IMG/VR virus record: IMGVR_UViG_3300027789_000015
Coordinates: 2,441 to 66,440 of that record
Length of the DNA: 64,000 bases
Strand: one strand, 5' to 3'
From: a virus
Shown: in pieces, positions 48,401-57,232 of the stretch
How the letters are laid out: each line of letters begins with the position of its first letter
How positions within the stretch are numbered: the stretch's first letter is position 1
Notes under the pieces: model-generated
The model's input: only the letters and a program-made list of their open reading frames with translations
Databases searched by the model: none
Told to the model about the DNA's origin: nothing
Position numbers and translations under genes: made by a program

Positions 48401-50318
48401 CCCACTTGAGCATCTCGGCGGCAGCTTCGCGCAGGTCGCTCACGTGCACGGAGTCGGGGCCGTCGATGAGGCTCTCACGCATCGTGTCGATCAGCCGGCC
48501 GTGCTTCTTCTGCACGTCGACGAGGTTGTTCACCTCGCTGAAGAACGCCTCCACCTTCGCCGGGTCGGTGATCTTCATCGCGGTGTGGACCTTGTCCAGC
48601 ATCTCGGCGGTGTGTTCACCGGCCACGTTCAGCAGGCTCATGTACGTGTCCACCGACACGGGCTTGTCCGCCGACATCTCGCTGATCAGTCCACGCAGTG
48701 CGGGGGCCAGCTCGTTGATCGCTGAGTTCCGCTGCTCGCGCGCGCCGTTGCGCTGCGCTTCGGGCATCGAGCTGAAGTCGTCCTCCAACAGGTGCGGCAG
48801 GCGCTCGCGCAGGAACGGGCCGATCACGTCCTTCACGACCTTGTCGACGCCGGCGTAGTCCTCAGACTTCTTCGTGTCGCCCTTGTCGGCTTGGCGCTCG
48901 GCGCGCATCCGGTCGACGCCCATCTTGAACCCCGAGACCGCCAGCCGTCCAGCGGCCGCTGCGTCCTTCGCCTTCTTCGCCGAGGCGATGTAGGCTTGGT
49001 TCGCCCGGTCGCCCAGGTTCGTCATCGCCGTCTTGAGGGCCTCGCGGCGCTCGGGCGGCATGTTGGACTCCCACAGCTCCTTCGCCATGTCGCGGATGGA
49101 AGCCAGCCGGCCCTCGTCGTCGATCTTGATCGCTTCCTTGAGGGCTTCGCCCTGCTTGCCGACGAAGTTCTTGGCGTTGGCGAACTCCTCGCTGTCGGCG
49201 ATGCGGTCGATCATTCCCTTCGTGCTCTTGCGGGCCTTGTCGAAGGCGCTGGTCACGGCATCGACCGCAGCACCAGCGTCGTCGCGCGCTTGGCCCAGGT
49301 CGTAGCCCTCAACCTTCGCCCGCGCGGCGTCCATGCCCTTCGTGGCCATGTCCTTCGCGCTGCCGACGAAGCTCGATGTCTTGCCGCCCAGGTCATAGCC
49401 GTCAGGGCCGAGTGCCTCGCCCACGGTCTCCTTGAGCCCGGTGGCGCGGCCAATCAGGGACTTCGCGCCGGCTTGCAGGGGCTTCGCGGCCGAGCCGACG
49501 AAGCCCTTGATCTGCTCGCCGTTGGAGTGCAGCAGCTCCGCGCCCGTGCCGATGCTGCCCATCGCTGCGCCGCCGGCCAGCCCGCCCACGGCGTTCTCGG
49601 CGATTGCGTCGTAGTCGAGCGCGGCGTTCGGGTTGAACGCCGTCTGCTTGATCGCCTCGCCCGCGCCCTCAGTCACGCCCTCCAGGCCCATGTCTGCAGC
49701 ACCGCGCCCGAGGATCTTGCCGGTGCCTTGCTTCGCGACGGTCTTGGCGGTGCGCCCCAGGATCTTGCCGGCCACGAGGCTGGGCACGACCGCTTGGGTC
49801 GCGGCGCTGACCGCGCCGCCCAGGCCTGCGTCGAGCAGGCGGTCGCCGGCCGAGCGCTGCATCTGCGCCGGGTCGAGCATCTGGCGCTGGGCGATGTCGC
49901 CTGCCTCGAAGGGCGTCAGGGCGGTGGCGCCGGCCAGCATGCCGGGGATCGCCCCACCGCCCGTGGCCAGGGCTGCTGCGCCGCCTATGGTCGCGTAAGG
50001 CAGGCTTTGGCCCACCATGCCCCCAGCGTAGTCCAGCGCGTCACGGACGCCGTTCACGTCCTTGTAGGATGTGATGCGTGGGGCCGTCTCCTGGGCCTGC
50101 AGCGCAAGGCGCTGGGCTTCGGCGTAGCGGGCCTTGGCGAACTCGTCTGCGCCCGCAGCCTCGCCCACGAGGCCGGTAACTGCTTGAAGCTGGGAGCCAG
50201 CGCCCAGCGTGCCGGCGCGAGCCCCGCGCACGATGTTGCTGTCGTTGGCGAAGGGCACGCCCTCGGGCGTGACGCTGTTGCGCTGGATGATGTCCAGGCC
50301 CAACGGGTCGTTGCTCAT
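42492..50318 (-). CDS. Giant internal virion/ejection polyvalent protein, 2608 aa
   Basis: G/A-rich hydrophobic N-terminus, two HExxH motifs, YFPRVWD; last gene of the virion operon. Confidence 0.78.
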   Translation of the reverse strand: MSNDPLGLDIIQRNSVTPEGVPFANDSNIVRGARAGTLGAGSQLQAVTGLVGEAAGADEFAKARYAEAQRLALQAQETAPRITSYKDVNGVRDALDYAGGMVGQSLPYATIGGAAALATGGGAIPGMLAGATALTPFEAGDIAQRQMLDPAQMQRSAGDRLLDAGLGGAVSAATQAVVPSLVAGKILGRTAKTVAKQGTGKILGRGAADMGLEGVTEGAGEAIKQTAFNPNAALDYDAIAENAVGGLAGGAAMGSIGTGAELLHSNGEQIKGFVGSAAKPLQAGAKSLIGRATGLKETVGEALGPDGYDLGGKTSSFVGSAKDMATKGMDAARAKVEGYDLGQARDDAGAAVDAVTSAFDKARKSTKGMIDRIADSEEFANAKNFVGKQGEALKEAIKIDDEGRLASIRDMAKELWESNMPPERREALKTAMTNLGDRANQAYIASAKKAKDAAAAGRLAVSGFKMGVDRMRAERQADKGDTKKSEDYAGVDKVVKDVIGPFLRERLPHLLEDDFSSMPEAQRNGAREQRNSAINELAPALRGLISEMSADKPVSVDTYMSLLNVAGEHTAEMLDKVHTAMKITDPAKVEAFFSEVNNLVDVQKKHGRLIDTMRESLIDGPDSVHVSDLREAAAEMLKWASTTGPQKDTGSAARQRFRDTRVKDELTKMFGKKADTVLAAVQSMVKQTESRAEKARVKYDEEGNPLGEHGGDALTEVVGGTKLAVYQKKLHLNADDDPGKAGFQPAITQSIDKAQAANPDRKVRYASAEELGMDHPLVKDMHTELVKRGLAADLGLDEAQRYADEEIGKYGAAVSEASNSHLSMTADELDAVRLDTKAHGRSPSRLEVDDLKLDAVKITRAMAERFKEKDRYSPIDELGQRYRAAHMFMEGVAAVQEYQGKAFDIPDATVIAHIGKTPLTWGEARKMDVRTRADKADDRIKVLKDAAEKEGEANVSELKDMGVRLTSDNVRDAYAEARKKYAERIKKLKEIGNRENLGEDPSSAGNERADPTGFEGGVERGLQGPSRKKLAERIAKTGLEIQRLTKAMAADGQGDVADLAPQLSALVDRMERLTAAALKGQTKLEDLGTGQREFDPFGPTFQNGRDLDATGRGPINTDGGEKREGGGAPSLLGPRRRPKDAPASRAAEPDDGPPLSAYDEEGTPSPKVVAAKKAAFLTKARSGDAALIKSLKESTDAKGLQRAVDFLENRHFDAALTESLALKYPELVSTARIASFKLQEGQNADAETADLIAAHLSGSQEESETAMRLLKMLDHTRDQYLALTDEVDAQKAMTARLKANPHSTVGELAKLIAPLLKDEATIAVARAVGTVTPSTTVEQKAHGVANGATGHYAFGTKTRPGFITMFPTSNGVHVFLHEAAHAATVAAMEKDAGLHLAFDHLLGHVVKHMPDIGLAYGGTNTMEFIAEGLSNPAFREKMRRIPGSRKVEEFLGTRAANAWEAFVDLMRKALGMDPQERSALAQFLDLSGVAMKTVGRGRLTETGAYVLSDRSVMGREEGKDIVQKMLLPASVAQELIARLGALRGTESERRALYTLDRAIRELSPEQRRALPAQKLFEYVEERALSKPYVAHDTPLPGVTKTLNAINERLGELVKNEDTAYGLGIKKYSLERGEAANDNGRVLSFPDRIGERLQQRFNEIVEQLSQEDFDTLRNDVLARDPDRRKMPSVLKDAFKEWLDDYFGSEREGMMSPERQDETEAQFYEEVADNDGYEPIERAMAQAMLSGAELKALSAQPVDPNAQGPRDLQSVFDYVRKVLGNSVVVDLRANIPHAGEFQRLFTNHGVDDIIRISVHALNPTTVAYHESLHAFFTKLMDGRNGKIAGIVERAASSPVTVMRLRKLLDGQPEAIKQLANAEERAAYMYQFWAAGKLDVAPEPTTIFGKIAEFIRKALGVWSNDERALHVLKYFHSGEFARNMNDPDAVARALLEPGRNAAIEQFKKLAGGIGELGEKLAVAGHQRLRDTGIPALNELADMMKLQGTAEGNDFGFIPAARLEHSLRLSNLGELLHGASNAALRAAMESMQRGNDMAPINALTDRNERAAAMTARATLRQTLDDAHAYMTRAGVDVGDLGVGTDYFPRVWDVHYISSHQREFLNMLERYVQSGDLKGDPRTIMQNLMTSEGTGLRVVDRPGMQHVKPRELAFITADDAARFLNKNLYETMNSYLMQATRRAEWARRFDDDSEKLNDLLDRAGREGATPDDLDSARKYIRSMDGTLGDDIDPTMRRLQGNVIVYQNLRLLPLAIFSSVVDPLGIMVRGGTMPEAFRAFKRGMKEVVKSFQKNPTNDDATDLASILGVIDDASLMRTLGASYTQGMVGERARKMNDLFFRFNLMEQYNRSMRVGATEAAINFLGRHASGKHSAHSARWMAELGFQPDELRLNAQGRPLLSQLDGLTAAQEAKVRAAINRWVDGAVLRPDAADKPIWMSDPRFAFIAHLKQFVFSFQETILKRAVHELKSGNYSPAYALASYVPVMIAADSAKGLLQGGGSEPAWKRDWTAADYVWSGVERAGLLGVGQFAVDVGKGVRRGESGLGELAGPTLEQLGDAVEVAGGRRAFSSFLLRSMPANALYAEALKGEPVEAHHPE

Positions 50319-52207
50319 CAGCGGGCTCCCTTGAGTTCGTCGAAGCGGTTCGTGCGGGTCTTCAGGTCGGGTAGGAGCGGATTGGAGGTGCCCTCGTCGT
50401 AGCGCAGGTCGGTGACGGGCATCGAGCCGCCGCCACGCAGCCGGTACTGGTCCTGCGTGATGCCTCGGTCCACACCGACCACGTCATAGTCGGCCGGGTT
50501 GTCGGACTGCACGTGCGTGCCGGCCCACGGGTTGAAGCGGCTGGCCCCTTCCTTGTTGCGTTCCTTGACCTCCAACTGCAGCGTCATGCGCTTCAGGGCC
50601 GCATCGTCCAGGCTGGCGACACCCTTCTCACGCAGGGTCGCCGCGCGCTTCTGCGCCTCGGCGTAGTCGGGCGAGTTCTGCGGGATCGCTTCGAGCTGGG
50701 CGATGCTGCCGGCGATGGCACTCATGATGCCGGCACTCATGGACGCCACGCGGGCCGCGTCGGGCTTGCCGTCCGCTCCCGGGTACAGCGTGCCCAGGCG
50801 CGCGTCCATGTCCTTGACTGCTTGCTGGCGGTTCTGGAAGTTCTGCTGCGCCGCATCCTTGCCCAGGCGGGCCACGTCGAGCTGGAACTGCCGGTCGTTC
50901 TGCATCTGCTGCATACGCCCCTGCTGGCGGGCCGTGGCAGCGGTCAAGTCCTGGCCCCGGGCGCTGATGTCCTGGCCGCGCATCGCCACCTCGGCCTGCA
51001 GCCGCGAGCTGTCTCGCGCGCCAATGTTGCCTCGCTCGGTGATGTCCTGGCCGCGCCGCGTCACGTCACGGTTCGCTGCGTCGGCGGCGTTCTGGTTGTC
51101 GAGGGCGATCATCTGGCGCTTGTCTTGGTGGGACAGCCCGCCCGCCTTCATGCGCCAGCCCAGCAGTGCGTCGCGCTCCGGGGCGTCGGTCTTGGCGCGG
51201 AGGTCGTCCTCCATGCGCGAGCCGCGAGCGCCGATAACTGCGACACCTGTCTGCATCGGCTGCGCGGCTTCACCCGCCGCCTTGCGGGCCAGAGCCGCCT
51301 CGATGTCAGCGCGGGGCATCCCCGGCACCGTGCTCACCGTACCGCCCTGCTTGAGCTGCGTGCCGTCCTCGTTGACCATGCGGGCGTTCGGGCCGACGTT
51401 CTTGCCGCTGTAGGTCACCGCGCCGGTCTTCGGGTCGCGGGTCTTGTAGATGTCGCCCTCGGTCATGCTCCCCGGCAATGTGCTGGGCACGCCGTTCAGC
51501 GTGTCGCGCAGGCTGGTGGACTGCTGCACCGTGGGCGGGTTCACGAATCCGCGGCCACCGCCGGCCTCACCGGGGCGGAAGCTGGGGGTGGTGCTCGCGG
51601 AGCCTGGGAGTCGGCCGAGCGGCTGGGGGTCGCCAGCCCGCGCCCGCGCCTCGGGCGACAGCACGACGCCGCCGCCAGGGCCTGCTACTTCGGGCACTCC
51701 CCACTCCTGGCCCACCGCCGAGCCGGCCCTGCGGACGAGCGAGTTGACCTGCCCGCCGATTGCGTGGTCGAGGAACGGGTCGGTGCGGACGCCCTTCTCG
51801 TAGACCTCGCTGCCGATTGCGTCGCCGACCGTGTACGCGGCCATGGCCAGCCCTGCCCCCGGCCCGCTGAGCGCCGCGAGTCCTCGCTTCGCTGCCGTCT
51901 GCCCTGCGGCCGCTGCAGCCCGCACGCCAGCCGGTGCGCCCGGCACGGGGCCGCTCGGCCCTTTGGGGAGTTGCGACACGCCCGGAGCCTGGGGGTGCGG
52001 GCCGACGCCACGGTTGGCATACGCGCGGCCCTCACCGGAGAGACCGTCCGTGCCGATGTTCGGGTTCGGCCGTGCGCCTTGCTGCGCGCGGCGGAAGTCG
52101 TCCATCGTCCGCTCGGTGGCCTCGCCCACCGGGATGCGGGTGCCCCCGGCACGCCGCCACTGCTCCATGTCGATGTCGTTGACTTCGAGCCCGGGGATTC
52201 CAGCCAT
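50318..52207 (-). CDS. Internal virion (ejection) protein
   Basis: 629 aa G/A/Q-rich, RGQD repeats, AAGGAG RBS. Confidence 0.7.
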   Translation of the reverse strand: MAGIPGLEVNDIDMEQWRRAGGTRIPVGEATERTMDDFRRAQQGARPNPNIGTDGLSGEGRAYANRGVGPHPQAPGVSQLPKGPSGPVPGAPAGVRAAAAAGQTAAKRGLAALSGPGAGLAMAAYTVGDAIGSEVYEKGVRTDPFLDHAIGGQVNSLVRRAGSAVGQEWGVPEVAGPGGGVVLSPEARARAGDPQPLGRLPGSASTTPSFRPGEAGGGRGFVNPPTVQQSTSLRDTLNGVPSTLPGSMTEGDIYKTRDPKTGAVTYSGKNVGPNARMVNEDGTQLKQGGTVSTVPGMPRADIEAALARKAAGEAAQPMQTGVAVIGARGSRMEDDLRAKTDAPERDALLGWRMKAGGLSHQDKRQMIALDNQNAADAANRDVTRRGQDITERGNIGARDSSRLQAEVAMRGQDISARGQDLTAATARQQGRMQQMQNDRQFQLDVARLGKDAAQQNFQNRQQAVKDMDARLGTLYPGADGKPDAARVASMSAGIMSAIAGSIAQLEAIPQNSPDYAEAQKRAATLREKGVASLDDAALKRMTLQLEVKERNKEGASRFNPWAGTHVQSDNPADYDVVGVDRGITQDQYRLRGGGSMPVTDLRYDEGTSNPLLPDLKTRTNRFDELKGAR

Positions 52208-52219
52208 GTCTTTCTCCTT

Positions 52220-52236
52220 CGATCTAACTTAGATTG
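52220..52236. promoter_or_regulatory. Palindromic motif copy 4
   Basis: cgatctaacttagattg adjacent to the RBS of the 52207 gene. Confidence 0.6.
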
Positions 52237-52242
52237 TAGGCT

Positions 52243-54078
52243 TCACGGATCGAACGGGGGCCACTCGATAGTCGCCTCGCCCTGGTAGTTGTAGGAGACC
52301 CCGGAGTTGATGCTCCCGGTCAGGTTGGTCGTGGCGTGGGCCATGCCGTAGGCGCTCGACGCAAGCTGGGCGAAGGTCTGAGCCCCCACCTTCGCGGCGT
52401 CCAGGCGCGCGGCATTGGTTGTCAGGATCGCGTCGCTGTTGATCTTCGCGGTCTGCAGTGTGACGTTGACGCCCGCCTCGTACTGCTTCATGTTCGATTC
52501 CCACACACGGGTCTCGATGTTCGCCTTCGATTCGATGGCCGCAGCGGCAGCGCGGTAACCGTCCAGCAGCGAGCCGCTCTGCTTGGCCAGGGCGTCCATG
52601 CGCGCGGTCTCAGCCCCCACTGCCGTGCGGTAGCCGTCCCACTGCGCGACGTAGGAGCGCACCTTGGCGTCGTACTCGGCGAGCTGGGCGCGGGACTGTT
52701 CGATCTGGACGCCGACGATCTGCTGCCACGTCGTCGCCTTCGTCTTGTACACATCGAGCACAAGCTGCTCGCCCTGCACCGACGCCTTGTAGGCTTCCAC
52801 CTTCGCGGTCTCGGCGTTGACCTGGGCGATGTAGGCGCGAACCTGCTCGCCGGCAGCGCTGATCCGGATCTGCTCCATCTGCATCAGCGTCTGGGCTGCG
52901 CCGACCTGGGCGCGGTAGATCTCCACCTGGGTCATCGTCGCTTCGATCTCGGCCTTGTAGCGGTCGACGATGGCCTTGTTCATGTCGGCCTTGGCGCTCT
53001 CGGCGTCGATCTGGGTCTTGTAGACCTGAACCTTGAGTTCCTCGGCGTTGATCAGGGTCTTGTAGTTCTCGGCGTAGATCTGCGCGCGTTGCAGCAGCGT
53101 CTTGAACTGCTCAATCGCGGCGTTGTGGACTTGGATCGCGTTGTCGGCGTACTGCTTGGCGGTCTCGAAGGTGAGCTGCTCCAGCTTGAAGCTGTAGTCG
53201 ATCAGCTTGCCTTCCAGATCCATGCCGGCGGCAATGGTGTCCTTCAGGTTGGCCTGTTCCATTTCGGCCTGCTTGATCATCACGTCGCGCGACAGCTCCG
53301 ACAGCTTGTCGTAGTAGTTCGCCTGCGCCTCGCGCAGTTGGGCGGCGGACACGCCGGCCGGGAGGTGGAAGCCCAGCGCCTCGCTGTTGCGCATCACCTC
53401 GGCTTCGTTGCTGAGGGCGATCTTCGTCTCGCGCGTGCGGGCGCGGTCCCAGATCGCCTGCTCGACGGTCGGGTCCAGCCCGGTGCCGCCGGCCAGCCGG
53501 TCCAGCAGCTTGGCCTGCAGTTCGGTCAGCAGCGCAGAACTGTAGTCCGCGCCGACGGAGTAGCTGAACGGTGTCGGCGCAGCCAGGGTCAGCGTGGGGA
53601 CCGCTTCCAGTTCAGCCTGCCAGTCCAGATGGAGGTCCAGGCCCGCGAAGGTCACCGTCTCAAGGGTCAGGAGCGTCGGCGCGGTGATCGTGTCGATGGT
53701 CGGCGCGTCGGGCACCGTGATCGTGGCGATGGTCGGGATCGTCGGCATCGAGCCGTAGCTCACGCTCGGCGCGGTCGGCAGCGTGATGACTGGCGGGATC
53801 TCCGTGAATTCGTCGAAGACGATGGCGTCGGGTGCCGCCGCCAGCGCGGGCGGGGCCGTGCCGGGGTCGGTGAACTCGATGGTCGGCAGCGTCGGCGTGG
53901 CTGGCAGCGCGGAGATCGTCGGCGCGGCCAGCGTCGTCCACTGCACGCTGATCTGTGGCGCAGTGAACAGCGAAGACTCCATCGAGTTGATGAAGTCTTC
54001 GGCCTTCGCGGTGGCGCTCGTGGCATATGCCTGCGCGGTCGAGAATGCGGTCGAGACTGAGTCGGCTACGGCGCCCAT
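52243..54078 (-). CDS. Virion protein, P/T-rich N-terminus and long coiled coil
   Basis: 611 aa, GGAGG RBS, strong codon bias. Confidence 0.7.
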   Translation of the reverse strand: MGAVADSVSTAFSTAQAYATSATAKAEDFINSMESSLFTAPQISVQWTTLAAPTISALPATPTLPTIEFTDPGTAPPALAAAPDAIVFDEFTEIPPVITLPTAPSVSYGSMPTIPTIATITVPDAPTIDTITAPTLLTLETVTFAGLDLHLDWQAELEAVPTLTLAAPTPFSYSVGADYSSALLTELQAKLLDRLAGGTGLDPTVEQAIWDRARTRETKIALSNEAEVMRNSEALGFHLPAGVSAAQLREAQANYYDKLSELSRDVMIKQAEMEQANLKDTIAAGMDLEGKLIDYSFKLEQLTFETAKQYADNAIQVHNAAIEQFKTLLQRAQIYAENYKTLINAEELKVQVYKTQIDAESAKADMNKAIVDRYKAEIEATMTQVEIYRAQVGAAQTLMQMEQIRISAAGEQVRAYIAQVNAETAKVEAYKASVQGEQLVLDVYKTKATTWQQIVGVQIEQSRAQLAEYDAKVRSYVAQWDGYRTAVGAETARMDALAKQSGSLLDGYRAAAAAIESKANIETRVWESNMKQYEAGVNVTLQTAKINSDAILTTNAARLDAAKVGAQTFAQLASSAYGMAHATTNLTGSINSGVSYNYQGEATIEWPPFDP

Positions 54079-54080
54079 GT

Positions 54081-54521
54081 TCAGATCCTCCGGGTCGTGG
54101 AACTGGCCAACTCCACGCTGATCTTGTCGAGCGCGAAGTCCTGGCCAGCAGTGTTCTTGAATCCGAAGCCCAGCAGGGTCTCGAAGATGCCCTTGCCGGG
54201 CGTGCCCCTGGCCTCCAGGCCTGCCCGCATCACGACGGGGTACTCGTAGGTTGCGGCAGCTTCAACTACCAGTGCGCCCGTGCCCGTGCCGATGGGCAGG
54301 GTGAAGTACACGCAGCCGGGGCGCTTCTTCACGGGCGTGCCCATCTGCGTGCGGCCGGTGCGTACCTCGCTGACGATTGTTGAGGCCACGTCTCGCTCGC
54401 CACCGAATGCATAGAGTCCTACCGCTGACCCGCCGTGCGTGGGCGTGACTGCGTGGAAGTCGAAGCCGGCGTACTCAGTAACGGCTCCGGTCAGCGTGTT
54501 CATGACGATGGCGTTGCTCAT
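54081..54521 (-). CDS. Putative tail-associated protein
   Basis: 146 aa, MNTLTGAVTEY start, coupled to neighbours. Confidence 0.65.
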   Translation of the reverse strand: MSNAIVMNTLTGAVTEYAGFDFHAVTPTHGGSAVGLYAFGGERDVASTIVSEVRTGRTQMGTPVKKRPGCVYFTLPIGTGTGALVVEAAATYEYPVVMRAGLEARGTPGKGIFETLLGFGFKNTAGQDFALDKISVELASSTTRRI

Positions 54522-57232
54522 ATCGAGACCAGTGAGGTTGTGGCGTTGTCCTTCAGCTTGAGCTGAGTGGTGAGTGGGATGCCGAGCACCTTCTGCAGGG
54601 GCGTGACGCCGAGGGTCGAGACCGCGAACGTCCAGCTCTTGTCGCCAGTGGCCCCGCCTTGGTACTCGGAGCCGTCGAAGTCGATATGGATGACGATGCC
54701 GCCAGAGATCGGGTCTTTCGCGGCCTTGGCCGTGAAGAGTAACACGGGGTCAACGGGGTCCGCCACTTCGTCACGTGCGGTGTCGAAGGGAAGTGGTATC
54801 GTCGCAGGGGACGATGGTGGCGAGTGTACCTCGTAGGTGTCCGTCTGCTCGTAGGTTTGGTAAGCCATCGTGCTGGACGGGAGCCAGGAAGTCGGCCCCA
54901 GCAAGTTGTAGTGGCTTGGCGGACCTACAGGGTCGTTTATCGCGGTGTGCAGGTCTCCGATCTGAGCCTTCAAGATCGCCCTCCCCAGGGGAATTTCGAC
55001 CGGCACTCGCTCGTCGACTGGCCTGCCGAATGTGTCGGGCGTAGTCTGGTTAGGGCGAATGGCGAACAGCGGTTGGGTCGAGTACGGGGCTCCGTACCAC
55101 TTGTGGAAATAGACCGCGTCATCGAATCCCGGCAGGCTGGGGGTGGAGTAGTGGTCGATGCCCCCGGCCCCGCCAGAAGCGTTGTAGCTTCCGTCTGCGG
55201 CGGAAGGAGACAGGCTGAGGATGTAGTGTGCGTCGGGCCCTGTCGGCCCCCATGCTCCGGTCGTCGTGGTCAGGTCCGCGAACTTCGTCGTCCACTTCTC
55301 TTCGCTCTCCTCCGTCAGCGTGTAGGTCGGCAGCACCCGCGTGGCCCGTTCACGCATCGTGGCCTTCGTGGCGAACGGCGGGATGTCCGCCGAGAAGACC
55401 TCCACGCCGTCCTGGCGCAGCACCAGCTTCACGGTGCGTTGGGTCTCCGTGATGTAGGCCGACAGGTCGCCGATGGCCGGGGGCCAGAGCATCTCGGGGT
55501 CCGTGCCCAGGTCTTGCGTGCCGTTGATCGCGTGGCCGATTGCCACGTCTACGCTGGCGGTGAAGCGCATCTCGGGGTCGTGCCACAGCAGCGTGCGCGT
55601 GGTCCGGTCGATCCGGCCCGAGTATTCAGCTGACGCGCTCTCGACCAGTTCTTCCGCCTCGAAGTGCCTTACGGAGTACATCTCGTACGCACCGGTTAGG
55701 TCGCAAGGGATGGTCGCCTCTCCGCTGACCGACGTGAAGAAGGTCAGCGTGCTGGATGAGAAGATGAAGAGGATGTGGGGGCTCCCTCCCATGTCGGGCA
55801 GAGGGGGCACTGCTTTGAATTGTTCGGCGCTTACTCGCTTCACAGTCTCGTGGAGGTACAGACGTTCCTCTAGGCGCGCAAACGTCCCCCACCCGAAGTT
55901 GATCTCCTCCGTGGTGGTCTGGTCCCACCGTTGGGTGTTTTCGTCCGTCGTGGTCAGCTTGGTCGGGGGGCGGACCTTGAATGAGCTGTAAATGCTCATC
56001 ACGTCTATTTGCACGTTGGGGCCGAAGTCGCGAACTCCCTCCTCGATCCTTACGCTGTTGCCCCCTGAGTAGGTGAGGAATTTGGTGGTCCCGAGCACCT
56101 CCTGGACCTCAGACCCGTCGAGGTCCATGTGAATGCCATACAGCTCGTTCTTGTCGGTGTCGGCCAAGTAGGTCAGGCTGGTCTTGGTCTCCTCCCATCG
56201 GGCCATCAGGTTGAGCGTTCGCGAGAAAACCTCGGTGGTTGGGGGGATGCCCCGCACGTAGTACCCCTGGCAGACCACAGGCTGCAGCTGGCACCCGCCC
56301 GCGACGGTCACCGTCTTCACGCCCGAGGCCACCACCTCGTCGGCGGTGGGCGTGAGTACGCCGGTGATGTCCGCCTCCACGGAGAACGTGCCCGTGCTCG
56401 CCGGGTCGAACACGAAGCGGACCAGGGTGTCCTTGTCGTCGCCCACCGCCACCGCGCTCGTGCCCTCCGGGTGGATCGCCAGCCGGCGGTCAGCCAGCAG
56501 CGGCAGCGGCAGCGTGAGGCTGTAGGTGATCGGGCCGATGTAGTCGCCTGTGTCCAGCGTCACCTTGTCCTGCAGTCCGAACAGCGCAGCTGCGGGGCCA
56601 CTCCAGACCACCGCACTGCCGCTCGAAGGGGAGATGTGGTACAGCCGCCGGCCGACCGACGACTCGGCCACGAACGGCGGGGCGATGGCGCTGGGCACGT
56701 GCATCGCTCGCACCGTCAGGTTCATGCGCGTGCAAAACGGGCCGGCGATGCTCGCGCCGATCCAGCGGTAGGAAGCCGGCCTGCGCCATAGCAGGTGCCC
56801 ACCGATCATCTCCTCCAGGCGGATGGCACGCCAGCGCCCTTCCCCGCCTGACATGACCAGTGCGGGCACGGGCACGAAGACCCCGGGTGAGGTCTCCTTG
56901 CGCCAGCCCTCGACGGCCAGCCCTGCGAGCGTGGTGAAGAGGATACCGATGCCGGCCAGCGGCGGCTCGGTGGGCTGGCCAACGGGCCACACGTCCACGA
57001 AGTCCAGGTCGCCGATGTTCATGATCCGCACGCGCGTGCCGTCTGCAAGCTGGCGCTCACGCGAGCGGTAGCCCATGCGCGTCGGCTCGAACTCCGCGAC
57101 GAACCGGGCGAACAGGTCGTGGACGCCTTGGCGTTGCGACGGCAGCAGGCCGTCCGACGTAGTGGACTTGTCGGGCCAATGCACCCGCACCATTGGCGGC
57201 GGGCACCCCAGGCGCGCAAGGTCGTTGATCAC
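54518..57232 (-). CDS. Large putative tail/receptor-binding protein
   Basis: 904 aa, T/S-rich beta composition, weaker codon bias. Confidence 0.6.
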   Translation of the reverse strand: MINDLARLGCPPPMVRVHWPDKSTTSDGLLPSQRQGVHDLFARFVAEFEPTRMGYRSRERQLADGTRVRIMNIGDLDFVDVWPVGQPTEPPLAGIGILFTTLAGLAVEGWRKETSPGVFVPVPALVMSGGEGRWRAIRLEEMIGGHLLWRRPASYRWIGASIAGPFCTRMNLTVRAMHVPSAIAPPFVAESSVGRRLYHISPSSGSAVVWSGPAAALFGLQDKVTLDTGDYIGPITYSLTLPLPLLADRRLAIHPEGTSAVAVGDDKDTLVRFVFDPASTGTFSVEADITGVLTPTADEVVASGVKTVTVAGGCQLQPVVCQGYYVRGIPPTTEVFSRTLNLMARWEETKTSLTYLADTDKNELYGIHMDLDGSEVQEVLGTTKFLTYSGGNSVRIEEGVRDFGPNVQIDVMSIYSSFKVRPPTKLTTTDENTQRWDQTTTEEINFGWGTFARLEERLYLHETVKRVSAEQFKAVPPLPDMGGSPHILFIFSSSTLTFFTSVSGEATIPCDLTGAYEMYSVRHFEAEELVESASAEYSGRIDRTTRTLLWHDPEMRFTASVDVAIGHAINGTQDLGTDPEMLWPPAIGDLSAYITETQRTVKLVLRQDGVEVFSADIPPFATKATMRERATRVLPTYTLTEESEEKWTTKFADLTTTTGAWGPTGPDAHYILSLSPSAADGSYNASGGAGGIDHYSTPSLPGFDDAVYFHKWYGAPYSTQPLFAIRPNQTTPDTFGRPVDERVPVEIPLGRAILKAQIGDLHTAINDPVGPPSHYNLLGPTSWLPSSTMAYQTYEQTDTYEVHSPPSSPATIPLPFDTARDEVADPVDPVLLFTAKAAKDPISGGIVIHIDFDGSEYQGGATGDKSWTFAVSTLGVTPLQKVLGIPLTTQLKLKDNATTSLVSI

